Positions 1-8,478 of a DNA stretch of 64,000 nt are shown piece after piece (position 1 is the first letter of the stretch; each line of letters begins with the position of its first letter). The position numbers and the translations under genes were made by a program. The DNA lies in assembly GCA_964537395.1 (NCBI GenBank), contig CAZIBN010000004.1, positions 2,115 through 66,114 on the forward strand, given 5' to 3'. The notes beneath the pieces were generated by a model, which saw only the letters and a list, made by a program, of their open reading frames with translations, did no database searches and was not told the origin of the DNA. This DNA is from an uncultured Elusimicrobia bacterium (GTDB lineage Bacteria > Elusimicrobiota > Elusimicrobia > UBA1565 > UBA9628).

Positions 1-545
1 CCGCCGCCGCCTTCCGCGAGGACCCCGGCTTCGCGCACATACTCCCCGACGACGCGCTTCGCCGCACGCGCCTTCCGTCCTTGTTCGAAGCGATGCTCCG
101 CGTCGATGCGCTGGCCGGCGGCCGCGTGTCGGGCGCCTTCGACGACGGAGCGTTGGTCGGCATGTCCTCCGTCATCCCGGCGAGGATCGAGAATCCGGGC
201 CTGCCGGAATGGATCAGGCATCTGCCGACGCTGGCCTGGTTCCTCGTCGAACCGGCGGCGCTGCTGCGCGCGCTGTCCCTGATCCACGCGATCGAGGAAC
301 GCCGCACTCAGGACTCGGACTATCTCCACCTTCTCGCCGTCCATCCCGCGACGCAGGGACGAGGCATCGGCGCCGCGCTGATCAACGAGGCGATCAAAGG
401 AGCCGGGCACTCGCTCTATCTTGAAACATTCACTGAGGCGAATCGTTCCTGGTATGAGGCCCGAGGTTTTAAATTTTTGATGGAAGTCGGCTCGCCCGTA
501 CGTCCGACGTTCTGGACCCTGCGCCGAGCTGAACGAAGTCATTAA
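1..545 (+). CDS. GNAT family N-acetyltransferase, 5' end outside window
   Basis: The frame is open from position 3 (AAAFREDPGFAHILPDD...) into the listed 81..545 ORF, so the gene begins upstream of the window. It carries the acetyl-CoA-site-like motif HLLAVHPATQGRGIGAALI and a C-terminal YEARGF. Stop TAA at 543-545. Confidence 0.8.
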   Translation, partial: AAAFREDPGFAHILPDDALRRTRLPSLFEAMLRVDALAGGRVSGAFDDGALVGMSSVIPARIENPGLPEWIRHLPTLAWFLVEPAALLRALSLIHAIEERRTQDSDYLHLLAVHPATQGRGIGAALINEAIKGAGHSLYLETFTEANRSWYEARGFKFLMEVGSPVRPTFWTLRRAERSH

Positions 546-587
546 GTTATCCCCAATACTTTCAACGTTGGAAACGCTGGGGACAAC
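546..587. repeat. Palindromic element copy 1 (hairpin or bidirectional terminator candidate)
   Basis: GTTATCCCCAATACTTTCAACGTTGGAAACGCTGGGGACAAC starts immediately after the TAA stop and fills the gap between convergent genes. A near-identical copy lies at 58745..58785. Confidence 0.75.
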
Positions 588-588
588 T

Positions 589-2025
589 TTAGATGTTCGA
601 GATGAAGACGTTCTTGACCTCGGAATAGAGGTCGAGCGCCTTCAGGCCGAGCTCGCGGCCGAGGCCGGAGCCCTTGTAGCCGCCGAACGGCGCCTCGAGG
701 TGGACGCTCGAGCTGGTGTTCACCGAGATGACGCCGCTTTGCACGGCGCGGGTCACGCGCAGAACGCGGCCGACGTCGCGCGTCCAAAGGCTCGCGGACA
801 GGCCGTAGGCCGAATCATTGGCGAGCCGGATCGCCTCAGCCTCGTCCTTGAACGGGATGACGGCGAGCACCGGTCCGAATATCTCTTCCCTGACGATGGA
901 CATGTTGTCGTCGGTCCCGGCAAAGACGGCGGGAGTGAGATAATGCCCCTTCGGCGGTACGCCCTTGGGGCGAGCGCCGCCGCACAGGAGCTTCGCGCCT
1001 TCGGCCTTGCCCGCGGCGATATATCCCGCGATCTTCTCGTACTGCCGCAGGGAGATGATCGGCCCGATCTGAGTTCCCTTTTTCTCGGGATGTCCTACGA
1101 CGAACTTCTTCGTCCGCGCGACGAGCTGCTCGACAAATTTGTCGTGGATCTTCCGGTGGACCAGAATTCTGGAACGAGCGCAGCAGTCCTGCCCGGCATT
1201 GTAAAAGACGGACCAGACGGATTTTTCGACGCACAGCTCGAGATCCGCGTCGTCAAAGACGATGTTCGGGGATTTCCCCCCCAGCTCGAGCGAGACGCGC
1301 TTGATCCCGTCGGCCGCCGCCTTCATGATGCCCGTGCCGGTCGCCGTCGAGCCGGTGAACGAGATCTTCCGCACGAGAGGATGAGCGACGAGCGCGTCGC
1401 CGCAGCCGGGTCCCGGGCCGGGGACCACGTTGAGCACGCCGTCGGGAAGCCCCGCCTCGGCGGCGAGCTTCGCGAGCGCCAGCGCGGTCAGCGGGGTCTC
1501 GGGAGAGGGCTTCAAAACCACGGTGTTGCCGCAGGCCAGCGCCGGGCCCAGCTTCCAGGCCGCGATCACGAGCGGGAAGTTCCACGGCACGATGAGCCCG
1601 CACACCCCGACCGGCTCGCGCAAGGTGTAGTCGAGGCCCGCTCCCGCGACCGGGATCGTCTCGCCGAAATGCTTGTTGGCGGCGCCGCCGTAGTACTCGA
1701 AGGTGTCGGCGGCCAGGCCCATCTCGTCCTTCGCGTCGCCGAGGGGCTTGCCTGCGTTCCGGCACTCGAGCAAAGCCAGGGAATCGAGGTTCTCGCGGAT
1801 CAATACGGCGATCTTAAGCAGGATCTTGCCGCGCTCGCGGGCATGCATCTTCGACCATGCTCCGTTCGAGGCCTTGATCGCGGCATCCACGGCGTCGTTG
1901 ATGTCCTCCGCCCCTCCTTCCGCGACGCGCGCCAGGAGGGATCCGTCAGCCGGGTTGACGACGGGAAACGTTCTGCCTGACCGAGCAGCGACGAATCTCC
2001 CGTCGATCCACAGCTTGTTCAACAT
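589..2025 (-). CDS. NAD(P)+-dependent aldehyde dehydrogenase
   Basis: 478 aa. Carries ALDH family hallmarks ELGGKSPNIVF and FYNAGQDCCARSR (catalytic Cys) and the N-terminal pattern WIDGRFV...NPADG. Confidence 0.93.
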   Translation of the reverse strand: MLNKLWIDGRFVAARSGRTFPVVNPADGSLLARVAEGGAEDINDAVDAAIKASNGAWSKMHARERGKILLKIAVLIRENLDSLALLECRNAGKPLGDAKDEMGLAADTFEYYGGAANKHFGETIPVAGAGLDYTLREPVGVCGLIVPWNFPLVIAAWKLGPALACGNTVVLKPSPETPLTALALAKLAAEAGLPDGVLNVVPGPGPGCGDALVAHPLVRKISFTGSTATGTGIMKAAADGIKRVSLELGGKSPNIVFDDADLELCVEKSVWSVFYNAGQDCCARSRILVHRKIHDKFVEQLVARTKKFVVGHPEKKGTQIGPIISLRQYEKIAGYIAAGKAEGAKLLCGGARPKGVPPKGHYLTPAVFAGTDDNMSIVREEIFGPVLAVIPFKDEAEAIRLANDSAYGLSASLWTRDVGRVLRVTRAVQSGVISVNTSSSVHLEAPFGGYKGSGLGRELGLKALDLYSEVKNVFISNI

Positions 2026-2026
2026 G

Positions 2027-2803
2027 CTAGAAATAATTAGACGTGATGCCGCCGTCGACGACCATGGCCGCGCCGTTGGTCCAGCGCGACTCGTCGCTCG
2101 CGAGATACAGCGCCATGTTCACGATGTCCTCGGACTTGCCGAAGCGGCCCATGGGAATGCGATTGAGCCGCTTGGCTTTTTCGGCGGGCTCCTTAAAAAG
2201 CCACGCCGTGAGCAGGGGCGTCTCGATCGGGCCAGGGCAGATCGCGTTGGTGCGGATGCCCTTGGGCCCGTACTGCACCGCGAGGGACTTCGAGAGCGCG
2301 AGCACAGCGCCCTTTGAGGCGGTGTAGGCGTCCTGGGGGACGGAGCAGCCCACGAGCGCTACGAACGAGGCCACGTTGATGATCGAGCCGCCGCCGTTGG
2401 CCAAAAGCTCCGGGATGCCGTGCTTGCAGACCAGATAAACGCCTTTGACGTTGACGGCCAACACCGTGTCCCAGACTTTTTCTTCCGTATTCGTGACCGA
2501 GTTGTCGTCGTTGGGGAAGATCCCCGCGTTGTTGTACAAAACGTCGAGCTTGCCGTAAGCCTTGATCGCCGTGGCGATCCCGGCCTTCACCTCGGCTTCC
2601 TTGGCGACGTTCATCGCGACCGCGGTCGCCTTGCCGCCGGCGACGATCGCCGTCTGCACGACGCGCTGGACGGCCTCAAGGTTCATGTCGCAAGCGACGA
2701 CGCTCGCGCCCTCTCGGGAAAAGCGAACCGTCGCCTCCGCGCCCATCCCCGAACCGGCGCCGGTGATCAGAACGACCTTGCCCGCGAGCCGTCCGGCGCT
2801 CAT
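2027..2803 (-). CDS. SDR family oxidoreductase
   Basis: 258 aa. Rossmann motif TGAGSGMG, NNAG, and catalytic YTASKGAV (YxxxK). Its stop lies 1 nt before the start of the downstream aldehyde dehydrogenase gene. Confidence 0.9.
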   Translation of the reverse strand: MSAGRLAGKVVLITGAGSGMGAEATVRFSREGASVVACDMNLEAVQRVVQTAIVAGGKATAVAMNVAKEAEVKAGIATAIKAYGKLDVLYNNAGIFPNDDNSVTNTEEKVWDTVLAVNVKGVYLVCKHGIPELLANGGGSIINVASFVALVGCSVPQDAYTASKGAVLALSKSLAVQYGPKGIRTNAICPGPIETPLLTAWLFKEPAEKAKRLNRIPMGRFGKSEDIVNMALYLASDESRWTNGAAMVVDGGITSNYF

Positions 2804-3102
2804 GAGATGACGAGGAAGCCGGCCTTCTTCACGGCTTCGCGCAGGCGCGTCTTACCAAGATCGGTATCGAGCCCCTTATCCGTCGTCACGGTCAAGTTGC
2901 GGACGACTCGGCCACGGCCGCGCAGCTTACCGACGAGCGTCGAGATGTCCTTCGCCGCCTGACGGACGTTGGTCACCCCTTCCTTCGCGAACCAGCGGAT
3001 CGTGACGGTGCCGCTTTTACGGCTGGGCATCAGCTTGAGGGTGAGGGCGGTTTCGGTGACGAAAAGGTCACCGACCTCTTCCTGTGAATTTCGATCGATC
3101 AT
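2800..3102 (-). CDS. hypothetical protein (100 aa)
   Basis: AGGAGA Shine-Dalgarno 4 nt before the ATG. A 4-nt ATGA overlap with the SDR gene implies translational coupling. I do not recognise any family. Confidence 0.55.
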   Translation of the reverse strand: MIDRNSQEEVGDLFVTETALTLKLMPSRKSGTVTIRWFAKEGVTNVRQAAKDISTLVGKLRGRGRVVRNLTVTTDKGLDTDLGKTRLREAVKKAGFLVIS

Positions 3103-3225
3103 GGCGTCTCCTGCTCGGCGAGGAGTTCACTGTAGCGCAACGGCAACAGGCCTGTCAACGACTGGGGCACCGGCGACGCATTTCGTTAACAGCAGGAGAA
3201 TCGCAAGATCGGAAAGCCTGACCCC

Positions 3226-4320
3226 TTAATGGGCGAGGGACGGCTGGATCAGCCAGCCTTTTTCCTTGGCCTTGGCTTCGAGCTCCTTGTCGCCGGCGAG
3301 GATGATCCGCAGGCCGCCGCCGTAGGACATCAGGTCGGCGTCGGCGATGTCGCGGCCGAGCGCGAGGTCCGGAGGACGCCCCACTGAGGCCTTGACGATC
3401 TCCGCCTTGCCGCTGCGCGTCGGCACCGGCTTAAGCACCGAGGCCGAGTAGCGGTTCCCATCGGGCCCGGCGCGGATTCCGACGATGCGGCTCGGATCGA
3501 TGCCGTAGTCCGGTGCGGCCGCGCTCAGCGCTGGTTGGGGCACATCATCGACGACCCACACGTCCACGCCGGCGGCGCGAAGCTTCTGGGCGAGATCTCG
3601 CATCTCCGGAATAAGCCGCAGACCGCGGCGTACGCGCAAGGGCGACTTGTCGCCCTCCTCGGCGGAAATGAGCTCCACACCCGAGGGGCGAGACTTCTCC
3701 TCGGACAGGTTCTGCCGGGCATACTCGATAGCGTCGCTCTCCTTCCAGCCGGACCACAGCCGCATCAGGTACTGACGGCATTCGCGGCGGCCGACCTCAC
3801 GGCAAAGACCCACATAGCTTTCCATGATCGTCTTGCGGTAGCGGTGATAGTCGGGCTGGGACTGCCACACCGAGCTCGACAGCGAGATGAAGTGATTGTA
3901 AGCCGCGCGTGCTGGCTGGCGCCCCGAGGCGACCGGGATGATCTCCCACCACGCGTCGTCGAACTTGTAGTCGACCCTCGTCGTCAGGCGCAGGAATACC
4001 AGCTCAGCCGGGTCGCCGGCGACCAAGGCGTCGCTCCAGGGGAGGACGGCGACCGGAGGCATGGCCGCGTCGTAGCCCGGAGCGCTCTTGCCGCGCTCCG
4101 CGAGAAACTTGTCGAGGGCGGCGCGCACCTCGGGCGTCCAGCGGCCGGACATCATGCGCTGAGGTCCGCGGGCCGCGGCGGTCGATTCTTCGACCTCCTC
4201 CGTGACGGCGGCCTTCTTCCACATCAACCGGAAATTCTTCGGCCTCTTGGCCTCGGCGGGAGCGGCCGCGAGGACCAGGAGCGCGAACAAAGCCGCGTTT
4301 AGGAGCAAGTATTTCTTCAT
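3226..4320 (-). CDS. exported hypothetical protein, C-terminal part weakly HAD-hydrolase-like
   Basis: 364 aa with signal peptide MKKYLLLNAALFALLVLAAAPAEA. The function is not recognisable with confidence. Confidence 0.6.
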   Translation of the reverse strand: MKKYLLLNAALFALLVLAAAPAEAKRPKNFRLMWKKAAVTEEVEESTAAARGPQRMMSGRWTPEVRAALDKFLAERGKSAPGYDAAMPPVAVLPWSDALVAGDPAELVFLRLTTRVDYKFDDAWWEIIPVASGRQPARAAYNHFISLSSSVWQSQPDYHRYRKTIMESYVGLCREVGRRECRQYLMRLWSGWKESDAIEYARQNLSEEKSRPSGVELISAEEGDKSPLRVRRGLRLIPEMRDLAQKLRAAGVDVWVVDDVPQPALSAAAPDYGIDPSRIVGIRAGPDGNRYSASVLKPVPTRSGKAEIVKASVGRPPDLALGRDIADADLMSYGGGLRIILAGDKELEAKAKEKGWLIQPSLAH

Positions 4321-4387
4321 CGTCGTCGAGCAATGTTATAAAATAAACGCGCCTTACATTCTCGACGGAGGATCACCCAAGCCCAAC

Positions 4388-5446
4388 ATGGCGAACATCA
4401 AGAAGTCGGACCTGCTCAAGGAAGAGATCGAACATATCGACATCACCAAGCACGACATGCGTCCTCTCGTCGAGTCCTTCTCGAAGATGTCCTTCTCCGC
4501 CCGCGACCTCGCGCGCGCGAGCACCATCTACGACAAGATGCTCGCCGACAAGGAATGCGGGGTGATCCTCTGCCTTGCCGGTTCCCTGTTCTCCGCCGGG
4601 CTCAAGAAGATCGTCTGGCAGATGGTCGAGAGCAACATGGTGGACGCGATCGTCTCCACCGGCGCGAACATCGTCGACCAGGATTTCTTCGAGGCCCTCG
4701 GCTACAAGCACTACCGCGGCTCGAAGTGGGAAGACGACATGGCCCTTCGCGGCGCGCGCATCGACCGCATCTACGACACCTTCATCGACGAGGACCAGCT
4801 CGGCGCCTGCGACAACGTCATCTCCGACCTCATCGGGACGCTGAAGCCGAAGCCGTACTCCTCGCGCGAGATCGTCGAAGAGATGGGCAAGTATCTCGTG
4901 AAGAAGTGCAAGGTCAAGGACTCGATCGTGCTGTCCGCGTACAAGAAGGGCGTTCCGATCTTCATCCCCGCCCTCTCGGACTGCTCGGCCGGCTTCGGCT
5001 TCCTGCACCACCAGTGGCACAATCCCGACAGCCACGCCTCGATCGACTCCGCCAAGGACTTCCGCGAGCTGGTTCGCGTGAAGCTCGCCTGCGGCGACAC
5101 CGGCCTCCTGATGATCGGCGGCGGCGTCCCGAAGAACTTCGCCCAGGATGTGACGGTCGGCGCCGAGATGATCGGCCTCGACCCCATCATGCACAAGTAC
5201 GCGGTGCAGATCACCGTGGCCGACGAGCGCGACGGCGCGCTCTCCGGCTCGACTCTGCGCGAGGCGTGCTCGTGGGGCAAGGTCGCGGTCACCGACGAGC
5301 AGATGGTGTTCTCCGAGGCCACCTTGGCCCTCCCCATCCTCGCGGGCTACGGCTGGCACAAGGGCAACTGGAAGAAGCGCCGCGAGCGCCGCTTCAACGC
5401 GTTGCTCAACGACGAGAAGGCGAAGATCCCCGCCGCCCTCCGCTAA
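4388..5446 (+). CDS. deoxyhypusine synthase-like protein (DHS/homospermidine-synthase-type fold)
   Basis: I trimmed the ORF to MANIKKSDLL because the upstream part of the 4202 ORF is AT-rich and does not look coding. It shows DHS family features: STGANIVDQDFFEA, GGGVPKNF, and the catalytic-lysine motif REACSWGKV (eukaryotic EAVSWGK). Confidence 0.85.
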   Translation: MANIKKSDLLKEEIEHIDITKHDMRPLVESFSKMSFSARDLARASTIYDKMLADKECGVILCLAGSLFSAGLKKIVWQMVESNMVDAIVSTGANIVDQDFFEALGYKHYRGSKWEDDMALRGARIDRIYDTFIDEDQLGACDNVISDLIGTLKPKPYSSREIVEEMGKYLVKKCKVKDSIVLSAYKKGVPIFIPALSDCSAGFGFLHHQWHNPDSHASIDSAKDFRELVRVKLACGDTGLLMIGGGVPKNFAQDVTVGAEMIGLDPIMHKYAVQITVADERDGALSGSTLREACSWGKVAVTDEQMVFSEATLALPILAGYGWHKGNWKKRRERRFNALLNDEKAKIPAALR

Positions 5447-5452
5447 AATCAC

Positions 5453-6307
5453 ATGGGTCGGGTCTATTCCGACCTCAAGACCGCCGAATACGGCGCCTCG
5501 GGACACCCCGAGGCGCCGTTTCGCATCAGGAAGACCTTCGACCGCCTCCAATCCGCCGGGCATGTATTGTTACCGCCGAAGGCGAAGGCCGTCGATACGG
5601 ACGTTATTCTTCTTCACGGCACGAACCACCTCGATTCAATCCGTTTGGGGACGTTCCAGGACGCGGACACGCCGTTCTTCCCGAACATCGCCGACATAAG
5701 CATGATCAGCCTGTCCGGCGCGCTCTCAGCCGCTGACGCGGCGCTCGCCGGAGAGCCGTCGTTCTCCCTGATGCGCCCGCCCGGCCATCACGCCGGCAAG
5801 GACAAGGTCGCCGGCTTCTGCTACCTGAATAATCTGGCCCTCGCCGTAGCGCGGCTTCAAAAAACAAAACCCGGACTGAAGGTCGGCATAATCGATTTTG
5901 ATGTCCACCACGGCGACGGCACCCAGGAGCTCGTGCTCGGCCGCGAGAACACGACCTTTCTCTCCCTCCACCAATACCCGCTTTATCCAGGAACGGGGCT
6001 CGACACCCGGGGCAACTGCTGGAACATCCCGCTCGAGGCGGGGACCTCCGGGGACTCCTGGCTTGAGGCTTTTGAACCCGCTTTCGGGCTCCTCCTCGAC
6101 ACGAAGCCCGATGTGCTCGCCGTGTCCGCCGGCTTCGACGCCTACAAAGGCGACCCGATCGCCGGGCTCAAGCTCGACCGCGGCACCTTCAAGCGCATCG
6201 GCTCTTTGCTCGCACAAACGAAGCTCCCGCGCTTCGCGACGCTCGAGGGCGGCTACTCCGAAGACCTCCCCCTTCTCGTCGAAAGCTTCCTGGATGGGTT
6301 CTTTTAG
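5453..6307 (+). CDS. histone deacetylase / acetylpolyamine amidohydrolase family protein
   Basis: 284 aa. Carries RPPGHHAG, DFDVHHGDGTQE and LEGGYS, the zinc-deacetylase family motifs. It starts 6 nt after the DHS-like gene. Confidence 0.85.
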   Translation: MGRVYSDLKTAEYGASGHPEAPFRIRKTFDRLQSAGHVLLPPKAKAVDTDVILLHGTNHLDSIRLGTFQDADTPFFPNIADISMISLSGALSAADAALAGEPSFSLMRPPGHHAGKDKVAGFCYLNNLALAVARLQKTKPGLKVGIIDFDVHHGDGTQELVLGRENTTFLSLHQYPLYPGTGLDTRGNCWNIPLEAGTSGDSWLEAFEPAFGLLLDTKPDVLAVSAGFDAYKGDPIAGLKLDRGTFKRIGSLLAQTKLPRFATLEGGYSEDLPLLVESFLDGFF

Positions 6308-6319
6308 CTAGAATCACTC

Positions 6320-7372
6320 ATGCTCGATTTCGACCCCAATTCCGCGCCCGGCGAAGACACCGGAGTCTTCGGACTCCCCCATAAAGAAAAGGATTCCGCG
6401 CTGGTCCTCGTTCCTGTGCCGTGGGAGGCGACCACCTCTTACGGCGGCGGCACTTCCAAGGGCCCCGCGGCGATCCTCGCGGCCAGCGGCCAGGTCGACC
6501 TGTTCGACGGCGAGGTGCATCGGCCGTACGAACCGGGGATCTTCATGAGGCCCGAATCCAGGGAGGTGCGGGCCTGGAACAAAACGGCGAAGGCCGCGGC
6601 GCAGAAGATCATCAAGGAAGGCGGGCGCATCGACGGGAATAAGAAGCTTCAGAAAGCGCTTCAGGTCGCGAATGACCTCGGCAGCAAGCTGAACGAATGG
6701 GTGTACCGCGAAACGAAGGGTCTCATGGACGCCGGAAAGATCGTGGGCATCGTCGGCGGGGACCACAGCGTGCCTTACGGCGCGTTCCGCGCCGCGGCGG
6801 AGCACCACGGCGATTTCGGATTGCTTCACTTCGACGCTCACTCCGACACGCGCGTCGCCTACGAGGGCTTCACCTGGTCGCACGCGTCCATCATGTACAA
6901 CGCGATGGAGAACATCCCTCAGATCTCCCGGATCGTCCAGGTCGGCATCCGCGACTTCTGCGAGCAGGAGCACGAGTTCACGCGCGCGCTGGGCGCACGC
7001 GCGAAAATCTTCCATGACCGCGACCTGGCCAAACGCCGTTTCGCCGGCGAGCCGTGGACGAAGACCGCAGGCGAGATCGTCGCCGCCCTGCCGCAGCAGG
7101 TCTGGATCACCTTCGACATCGACGGACTGGACCCGAAGCTATGCCCTCATACGGGCACGCCCGTCCCCGGCGGCCTCGAGCTGGCGGAGGCCGTGCACCT
7201 GATCGGGCTCGTCGCGCGCTCCGGGCGCAAAATCATCGGCTTCGACCTCAATGAGGTCTCCCCCGCGCCCGACGGCCGCGACGAGTGGGACGCCAACGTC
7301 GGCATGCGGCTGCTGTACAAGCTCATCGCCTGGACCTTCGTCAGCCGCGGCCTGCGCAAAGCCCGCGAATGA
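6320..7372 (+). CDS. ureohydrolase (agmatinase/arginase/formimidoylglutamase family)
   Basis: 350 aa. Carries the Mn-binding motifs GGDHSVPYG, HFDAHSDTR and TFDIDGLDP. Confidence 0.85.
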   Translation: MLDFDPNSAPGEDTGVFGLPHKEKDSALVLVPVPWEATTSYGGGTSKGPAAILAASGQVDLFDGEVHRPYEPGIFMRPESREVRAWNKTAKAAAQKIIKEGGRIDGNKKLQKALQVANDLGSKLNEWVYRETKGLMDAGKIVGIVGGDHSVPYGAFRAAAEHHGDFGLLHFDAHSDTRVAYEGFTWSHASIMYNAMENIPQISRIVQVGIRDFCEQEHEFTRALGARAKIFHDRDLAKRRFAGEPWTKTAGEIVAALPQQVWITFDIDGLDPKLCPHTGTPVPGGLELAEAVHLIGLVARSGRKIIGFDLNEVSPAPDGRDEWDANVGMRLLYKLIAWTFVSRGLRKARE

Positions 7373-8478
7373 AGATACTCGTGGTCATGGGCACGCGGCC
7401 CGAGGCCATCAAGCTCGCGCCGGTGATTCACGCCTTACGACGGCGCAGAGGCTTAAAAACGTTCGTGTGCGCGACGGCCCAGCACCGTGATTTGCTCGAT
7501 CAGGCGCTCCGTCTTTTTCGTCTGAAACCGGATTTCGATCTGAATCTGATGCGTACGGGACAAACCCCGAACGCGGTCGCCAAGCGAGTCATGAAGTCCC
7601 TCCCCCCCCTGCTCGCGCGCCTCAAGCCGGATATGGTGATCGTCCAGGGCGACACCACCACCGCCGCCGCGGCGGCGGTCTGCGCCGCGAAGCGGCGCAT
7701 TCCGGTCGCTCACGTGGAGGCCGGCCTTCGCTCGTTTGATTTCAAGGACCCGTATCCCGAGGAGCTCAATCGTGTCCTGATCGACTCGATCTCTTCTCTC
7801 GTTTTCCCCCCGACGTCCGCCGCACGCGCCAATCTCGTAAAAGAAAAATTAAATTGCCGGTCGATAATATTGACGGGGAACACCGTGGTCGACGCATTAA
7901 ATTCCGCCGCAGGCGGAAAAGCTCCAGGTCGCCATACCCCGCGCGAGGTGTTGGTGACCCTACACCGCCGCGAGATCCAAGGCGCGCCGTTAAAAAGAAT
8001 TTACACGTGTCTTCTCAAGCTCGTCAACCAACACGAAAATCTGTTGTTCGTCTATCCTGTACACCCCAATCCGTTGATCTTAAAAACCGCGAAGCGGATG
8101 CTCCAGCACCCGCGCATCCGTCTTCTCGACCCGCAGACGTATCCTGCGATGCTCGCTCTCCTCAAGCGCGCCCCGTTCGTCATCACCGATTCCGGCGGCC
8201 TACAAGAGGAGGCGGTCTGCCTCAGGACCCCCGTCCTCGTCGTACGCAATAAGACCGAGCGCCCCGAAGTCATCAAAAGCGGCGCGGGCCGTCTCGTCGG
8301 CCTCGATCCCAAGAAATTGGCCTTCTGGGTCGGGAAGCTCCTCAAGGATCCCGCGCTCCTTCGCCGCATGAGCCACACCCCAAACCCCTACGGCGACGGC
8401 CACGCCTCCGAACGCATCGCCGCCGGCGTCGCCCACTGGTTCGCGTTAGCCCCAAAGCCCAAGGACTGGAAACCATGA
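7369..8478 (+). CDS. wecB: UDP-N-acetylglucosamine 2-epimerase (non-hydrolysing type)
   Basis: Trimmed to MKILVVMGTRPEAIKLAPV, the hallmark N-terminus. ATGA overlap with the ureohydrolase stop. Later motifs HVEAGLRS and DSGGLQEEA are present. Confidence 0.88.
   Translation: MKILVVMGTRPEAIKLAPVIHALRRRRGLKTFVCATAQHRDLLDQALRLFRLKPDFDLNLMRTGQTPNAVAKRVMKSLPPLLARLKPDMVIVQGDTTTAAAAAVCAAKRRIPVAHVEAGLRSFDFKDPYPEELNRVLIDSISSLVFPPTSAARANLVKEKLNCRSIILTGNTVVDALNSAAGGKAPGRHTPREVLVTLHRREIQGAPLKRIYTCLLKLVNQHENLLFVYPVHPNPLILKTAKRMLQHPRIRLLDPQTYPAMLALLKRAPFVITDSGGLQEEAVCLRTPVLVVRNKTERPEVIKSGAGRLVGLDPKKLAFWVGKLLKDPALLRRMSHTPNPYGDGHASERIAAGVAHWFALAPKPKDWKP

Noticed and set aside
3103-3225. 123-bp intergenic spacer checked for a tRNA or small RNA.
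   Set aside because: There is no T-loop (GGTTCGAATCC-like) or cloverleaf-compatible pairing on either strand, and no convincing promoter-plus-terminator pair.
4373-5736. 396-aa antisense ORF and 393-aa shifted-frame ORF overlapping the DHS-like and deacetylase genes.
   Set aside because: They have no motifs and an extremely Arg/Gly/Asp-rich composition. The accepted frames carry the DHS and deacetylase signatures.
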